Origin: Acidimicrobiaceae bacterium
Lineage (GTDB): Bacteria > Actinomycetota > Acidimicrobiia > Acidimicrobiales > RAAP-2
NCBI GenBank assembly: GCA_013044405.1
Contig: JABEUR010000067.1
Coordinates: 4,440 to 68,439 of the forward strand
DNA length: 64,000 nt
Direction of reading: 5' to 3'
Each line of letters starts with the position of its first letter. Positions within the stretch are counted from its first letter, which is position 1. A program made the position numbers and the translations under genes. The notes below the pieces were generated by a model. The model was given only the letters and a program-made list of their open reading frames with translations, had not been told where the DNA came from and searched no databases. This document shows positions 56,600 to 64,000 of this stretch, piece by piece.

Positions 56600-57759
56600 C
56601 GATCTACTACTTCGACCATGCGGCCTCGGCACCACGTCGAGACGAAGTGGCTGACGCCATGGCGCCCTTCGAACACGGGGTCGTCGGCAATCCATCGGGC
56701 AGCCACCGCGCGTCGCGCGAAGCGCGTCGCGCCCTCGAGGAGGCTCGCGACGAGGTAGCCGCCTTTGTCGGGGCCAAGCCCGCGGGGGTGATTTTCACCA
56801 GTGGTGGCACTGAGTCGTGCCACCTCGCCATTGCCGGTGTGACCCATCACCATCGGCGTACCCACGATCGATCCGAGATCGTGATATCTCGGATCGAACA
56901 CCACGCGGTGTTAGACGCTGCGCAGTTCATGGCCAGGGACTTCGAGAATGTGAGCGTGCGCTACGTGGAGGTCTCCGACGAGGGTGTGCTCGATCTCGAC
57001 TCCCTCGAAGCCCAGTTGAGCGACGACACCGCCATCGTGAGTGTGATGACGGTCAACAATGAGACTGGGGTTCGCCAACCTCTCGATGGCGTTAACGCGA
57101 TGGCCAAGAGCTTGATCGCTGGCGGGGTCGTCACCCATAGCGATGCCGTGGCCGGCGCGCCTTGGCTCAACTTGCCGATGGTGACAGCCACGATGGATAT
57201 GGTCTCGATCTGCGCGCACAAGATCGGCGGGCCCGTGAACAGCGGAGCGCTCGTGGTGCGCGGTGATGTTGCGCTCGACGCACTCGTGCCAGGTGGCGGC
57301 CAAGAGCGTGGTCTTCGTGGAGGCACGGTCGACGTCGCGGCGGCGGTCGGTCTCGCAGCGGCGGCGCGGATAACACGCCGAGAGCTCGCCGAGCTCAACG
57401 ATCGCGTTGTCGACTTGCAGAACAAACTCATGGCGGCGTGTAGCTTCCTGCCCGGGTGTGCGATCACCGCGCCAGGGGCTTTGAAGGTGCCCGGAACGGT
57501 CCATCTGACCTTCGAGGGACTGGCCAGTGACGAGATCCTTTTCCTGCTCGACCAACAGGGCGTGTGCGCCTCGGCAGCGTCGAGTTGCTCGAGTGGCGCA
57601 TCCCAGTCGAGTCACGTCCTCGAGGCGATGGGTGTGAGTTCCGAGCGCGCCCGCGGTTCACTGCGACTCTCCATGGGGGCCGAGACCACGACGGCGGATG
57701 TGGACTCACTCATCCAGATCTTGTCTGGTGTGGTCTACCGGCTCCGTGACGAGGCATAA
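56596..57759 (+). CDS. iscS: Cysteine desulfurase (group I)
   Basis: YFDHAAS, GNPS..H, FTSGGTE, IEHHAV, AHKIGGP, GGGQERG.R.GT, SSCSSG. Confidence 0.88.
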   Translation: MTIYYFDHAASAPRRDEVADAMAPFEHGVVGNPSGSHRASREARRALEEARDEVAAFVGAKPAGVIFTSGGTESCHLAIAGVTHHHRRTHDRSEIVISRIEHHAVLDAAQFMARDFENVSVRYVEVSDEGVLDLDSLEAQLSDDTAIVSVMTVNNETGVRQPLDGVNAMAKSLIAGGVVTHSDAVAGAPWLNLPMVTATMDMVSICAHKIGGPVNSGALVVRGDVALDALVPGGGQERGLRGGTVDVAAAVGLAAAARITRRELAELNDRVVDLQNKLMAACSFLPGCAITAPGALKVPGTVHLTFEGLASDEILFLLDQQGVCASAASSCSSGASQSSHVLEAMGVSSERARGSLRLSMGAETTTADVDSLIQILSGVVYRLRDEA

Positions 57760-57787
57760 CGGCGCTTCGGACTGGCAGACTGGGTGC

Positions 57788-60876
<3,089 letters not shown>

Positions 60877-60903
60877 GCTGCACTTACTAGGGTTAGAGAC
60901 GTA

Positions 60904-62796
60904 ATGCCTACGCCAACTTTCCTTTCCGGTCATCATCTGGTCAGTCGCTACCGGATCCTCGACCTGGTCGGGGTGGGTCGTACGACCGAGGTCTACACGG
61001 CCCAGGACCTCTCCCTGGGACGCACGGTGGTGGTCAAGGTGCTCCTGGGGAGTCTCGCCGCGCATGAGGAGATCCGAAGGTCGTTCCGCGACCGGATCAT
61101 CCGCGCGGCCACGCTCAGTCATCCACACCTGGCCCGGGTTTTCGACGGCGGCCAAGAGGCCGGATCGATCTTCATGATCAGCGAGTACCTCAGCGGAGGA
61201 TCGTTGGAGGACGTGCTGGCGAGTGGTCGTACCCTCAGCACCGACGACGGTGCGAGATTGGGACGCGACGTGGCCAGCGCGCTCGCCTACGCGCATTCGA
61301 ACGGCTTCGTGCACGGCTCGCTGTCTCCTTCAAAGCTCCTGTTCGACGCCGAGGGTCGGGTCCGGGTCAGTGACGTCGCGCTCGCGGGGCTCGGTGACGC
61401 CTACCGCGAGCGTTTCAGCCTCGATGATGTGCGGTACCTCAGTCCCGAACAGGCGATTGGCGACCCCGCCGAAGCCAAGAGTGACGTGTACGCGCTCGCC
61501 CTCATTCTCTTCGAAGCCGTCACCGGGACCACTGCCTTCGACGGACTGACCCCCGAAGCGGTGCTGCGCGCACGAATCAACGCCCCACTGCCGATCCGCA
61601 CCGAGCTGGGGACCCTCGACATGCTCCTCGCCCAAGCCGCGGTGCCCGACCCCCTCCTTCGACTCGACGCCGAGCAGTTCGCCAGTCGTCTGAGCGCCGT
61701 GGTCAACGACAGTGCTCCGCTGATTGTGAGTCCCGGGCGTGGTGTCATGCCGTTGTTGGCCCAATTTACCCCGACCGAACCGCGACACTCCGTAGGATTT
61801 CGCCCGCCGTCGCCCGACGAGATCGTTGGTACCACTTCGGTCGTGCCCATCGTGGGGGCCGGGCCTACGGTACCTCTCGCGCGCAATGCGAACGACTGGG
61901 TGCCCCCGACGCGCGACGGGCGAGGCGGTCGATACTACGGTGGCGGGCACGAGGGCTTCGAGGCCGACGAGCCGGCGCCGCGGCGACGAACGGCCTTCCT
62001 GGCCGCTGCAGTGCTGTTGATCCTGATCGCCGTGGGTGCGGGTGCCGCTTGGAAACTGGGTTACTTCACCCAGAGCCACACGGTGCCGTCCCTGACCGGA
62101 GTGACGATCAAGGAGGCCCAGAGTCTCCTGGGCGGCGATGGATTCACCTTGACGGTGACCCAGCACCATTCGTCGGCGAGCATTCCGGCCGGCGAGATCA
62201 TCAGTCAGTCCCCGGCCGCCGGGGCGAGTGGCAAATCGGGATTGGTCATCACCGTGGTCACTTCGGATGGGCCGTCGATGGTAACCATGCCGACGAACCT
62301 GGTCGGTGAGGACTGTGCCACCGCGACGGCGCAACTCGCCAAGTTGAAGGTGACCGCTCAGTGTCCGTCCTCGGCTGAAGTGAGGAGCAAGGTCATCGCG
62401 GCCGGACGGATCGCCAAAGTCCTCTACCATTCCACGGCCAATCCGATCGCCGTTCCCAGTGGCGCGACGGTGACCCTCGCGGTGAGCAAGGGTCCGCCGG
62501 TGAGTTCGACCACCACGACCACTCCGGCGGCGACGACGAGTTCAACGTCGACCACGTCGACCACGTCGACCACGTCGACCACGACCACGACCTTGGCCCA
62601 CCCGCTGCGGGCGGTGCCCAACGTGGCTGGACTCACCAAAGCTCAGGTATTCGCCGCATTTCGCAAAGCGCAGTTGTACTTTCGAACCCAGGGCCCCGGC
62701 GCCGCGAACCAGACGTGGACGACGGGCGTCTCCACCATCCCAGCGGCTGGAACCATGGTCAAGTGGGAGTCGACGATCGTGGTCAACGTCAAGTGA
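60904..62796 (+). CDS. PknB-like membrane protein: degenerate Ser/Thr kinase domain, TM, PASTA domains
   Basis: RY....VG.G...VY.A.D..L.R.V.VK, YLSPEQA, KSDVYAL; TM helix; VP.L.G and VPNVAG PASTA starts. Confidence 0.88.
   Translation: MPTPTFLSGHHLVSRYRILDLVGVGRTTEVYTAQDLSLGRTVVVKVLLGSLAAHEEIRRSFRDRIIRAATLSHPHLARVFDGGQEAGSIFMISEYLSGGSLEDVLASGRTLSTDDGARLGRDVASALAYAHSNGFVHGSLSPSKLLFDAEGRVRVSDVALAGLGDAYRERFSLDDVRYLSPEQAIGDPAEAKSDVYALALILFEAVTGTTAFDGLTPEAVLRARINAPLPIRTELGTLDMLLAQAAVPDPLLRLDAEQFASRLSAVVNDSAPLIVSPGRGVMPLLAQFTPTEPRHSVGFRPPSPDEIVGTTSVVPIVGAGPTVPLARNANDWVPPTRDGRGGRYYGGGHEGFEADEPAPRRRTAFLAAAVLLILIAVGAGAAWKLGYFTQSHTVPSLTGVTIKEAQSLLGGDGFTLTVTQHHSSASIPAGEIISQSPAAGASGKSGLVITVVTSDGPSMVTMPTNLVGEDCATATAQLAKLKVTAQCPSSAEVRSKVIAAGRIAKVLYHSTANPIAVPSGATVTLAVSKGPPVSSTTTTTPAATTSSTSTTSTTSTTSTTTTTLAHPLRAVPNVAGLTKAQVFAAFRKAQLYFRTQGPGAANQTWTTGVSTIPAAGTMVKWESTIVVNVK
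62545..62580 (+). repeat. 9-bp tandem repeat (ACGTCGACC x4) encoding a Thr/Ser linker
   Basis: Direct reading; in frame, TST repeats between PASTA domains. Confidence 0.85.
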
Positions 62797-63089
62797 GCGC
62801 CGTTTGTGAACTCTGTGAGGGTGCAGAGATCACGACGCGTTACTACGAGGACGAGCTGTGCTGGATCGCCGACTGCGAGATCTGTCTCGTGCCGATGGTG
62901 GTTTGGCGCAGCCACGACGCTCGACCACCCGATTCGGTGCGGTCGCTACTCCTCGACGCTCTCGAGGTGGTGGCCAATCGCGAATTGGGCGAAGGCAACT
63001 GGAGTTTCGACGACCATATGCGAAACATCCCCGACCACTACCACGCCCACGCGCGCCCGCCGTACTTCTGGCGCCGATCTCAGACGTAG
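62793..63089 (+). CDS. Small HIT-like protein with two CxxC pairs
   Basis: CELC, CEIC, PDHYHAH; GTGA overlap with upstream gene. Confidence 0.7.
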   Translation: MSAVCELCEGAEITTRYYEDELCWIADCEICLVPMVVWRSHDARPPDSVRSLLLDALEVVANRELGEGNWSFDDHMRNIPDHYHAHARPPYFWRRSQT

Positions 63090-63146
63090 CGCCTGCGTCC
63101 ACATCATTACAATCGGGTCACCAGATCCAAGACGAGAGAGGTCACC

Positions 63147-64000
63147 ATGGGGGCGCTTGACGGTCGTGTCGCAATCATCACCGGAGCCGGTCGCGGGATC
63201 GGCCGAGAGCACGCGCTGCTCTTCGCTGCCGAAGGGGCGAGGGTGGTGGTCAATGACCTGGGAGGCGGACTCGACGGTTCGGCCCACGCGAACAACCCGG
63301 CCGAGGAAGTGGTCGCCGAGATCAGGGCCATGGGCGGTGAAGCCGTAGCGAACAACGAGAACGTGGCCGACTGGCAGGGTGGGCAACGGCTGATCCAGTG
63401 CGCCCTGGACACGTTTGGCGAACTGAACGTGCTGGTCAACAACGCGGGCATCCTGCGCGACCGCGTATTGGTGAACTTGAGTGAGAGCGATTGGGACTCG
63501 GTGATCGAGGTTCACCTCAAGGGCCACTTCGTGCCCACTCGCCACGCCGCCAACTACTGGCGTGAACGCGCCAAGGCCGGCCACCCCGTGCAGGCCTCGA
63601 TCATCAACACTTCGTCGACCTCAGGTCTGCTCGGCAACATCGGCCAGTCGAACTACGGCGCGGCCAAGGCCGGCATCGCCGCGTTCACGGTCATCATCGC
63701 CGAGGAACTCGGTCGCTATGGAGTTCGCGCTAACGCCATCGCGCCAGCCGCGCGCACCAGGATGACCGAATCGACGCCAGGACTCTCGGACCACGTCGTC
63801 AAGCCATCAGATGCGGCGGTCTTTGACGTATGGGACCCCGCCAACATCTCGCCGTTAGTGGCGACGCTCGCTATGGCGGAGTGCGAGGTGACGGGCCAGG
63901 TCTTCTTCGTCCAGGGAGGGACCGTGCGCAAGTTCCAGAATTGGACGATGACCGAGGCACTTGAGAAGGACGACCGCTGGACGGTGAGCGAACTCGCTCA
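63147..64000 (+). CDS. SDR oxidoreductase (3' end beyond window)
   Basis: MGALDGRVAIITGAGRGIG, VVVNDLGG, NNAGILRD, NY.AAK; absent from ORF track because there is no stop in the window. Confidence 0.9.
   Translation, partial: MGALDGRVAIITGAGRGIGREHALLFAAEGARVVVNDLGGGLDGSAHANNPAEEVVAEIRAMGGEAVANNENVADWQGGQRLIQCALDTFGELNVLVNNAGILRDRVLVNLSESDWDSVIEVHLKGHFVPTRHAANYWRERAKAGHPVQASIINTSSTSGLLGNIGQSNYGAAKAGIAAFTVIIAEELGRYGVRANAIAPAARTRMTESTPGLSDHVVKPSDAAVFDVWDPANISPLVATLAMAECEVTGQVFFVQGGTVRKFQNWTMTEALEKDDRWTVSELA

Noticed and set aside
62500-62600. Tandem repeats as CRISPR or phase-variation locus
   Set aside because: In-frame 9-bp units without spacers, encoding a Thr/Ser linker

Overview
High-GC actinobacterial chromosomal window, inferred to be Acidimicrobiia-like from an F420-type LLM enzyme, a type-2 IleRS, iscS-mnmA-ligA synteny and widespread leaderless genes. 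I saw no rRNA, tRNA, CRISPR, prophage or IS element. In order, it holds: (1) a compact histidine locus, with a PriA-like hisA divergent from hisR(YerC/TrpR-like)-hisG-hisD-[hisC::hisB fusion]-hisH-hisF-hisIE and a palindromic operator filling the 30-bp gap; (2) an AfuABC/PhnS-type ABC importer coupled to a COG4280 ExxE membrane protein and a small membrane protein, behind a PHO-box-like repeat; (3) ygiD, a GH3 hydrolase, a SlyX-like micro-ORF, an APC permease, TetR, GDH, an LLM enzyme and a heterodimeric ABC exporter; (4) a nucleobase salvage cluster (upp, yeast-type cytosine deaminase, PRTase, NCS1 permease); (5) secreted proteins and transporters; (6) a polyamine uptake and catabolism cluster with ald; (7) redox and GNAT genes, ileS and MarR-YceI; (8) gabD-iscS-mnmA-ligA, a PASTA-bearing pseudokinase, a HIT-like protein and a truncated SDR. 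The most unusual features are the HisC-HisB fusion in a uniformly shortened, probably HisR-controlled his operon, the apparently catalytically dead PknB-like receptor coupled to a Zn/HIT protein, the ABC plus COG4280 module, and pervasive leaderless architecture. All calls come from motif recognition by eye; no searches were run.
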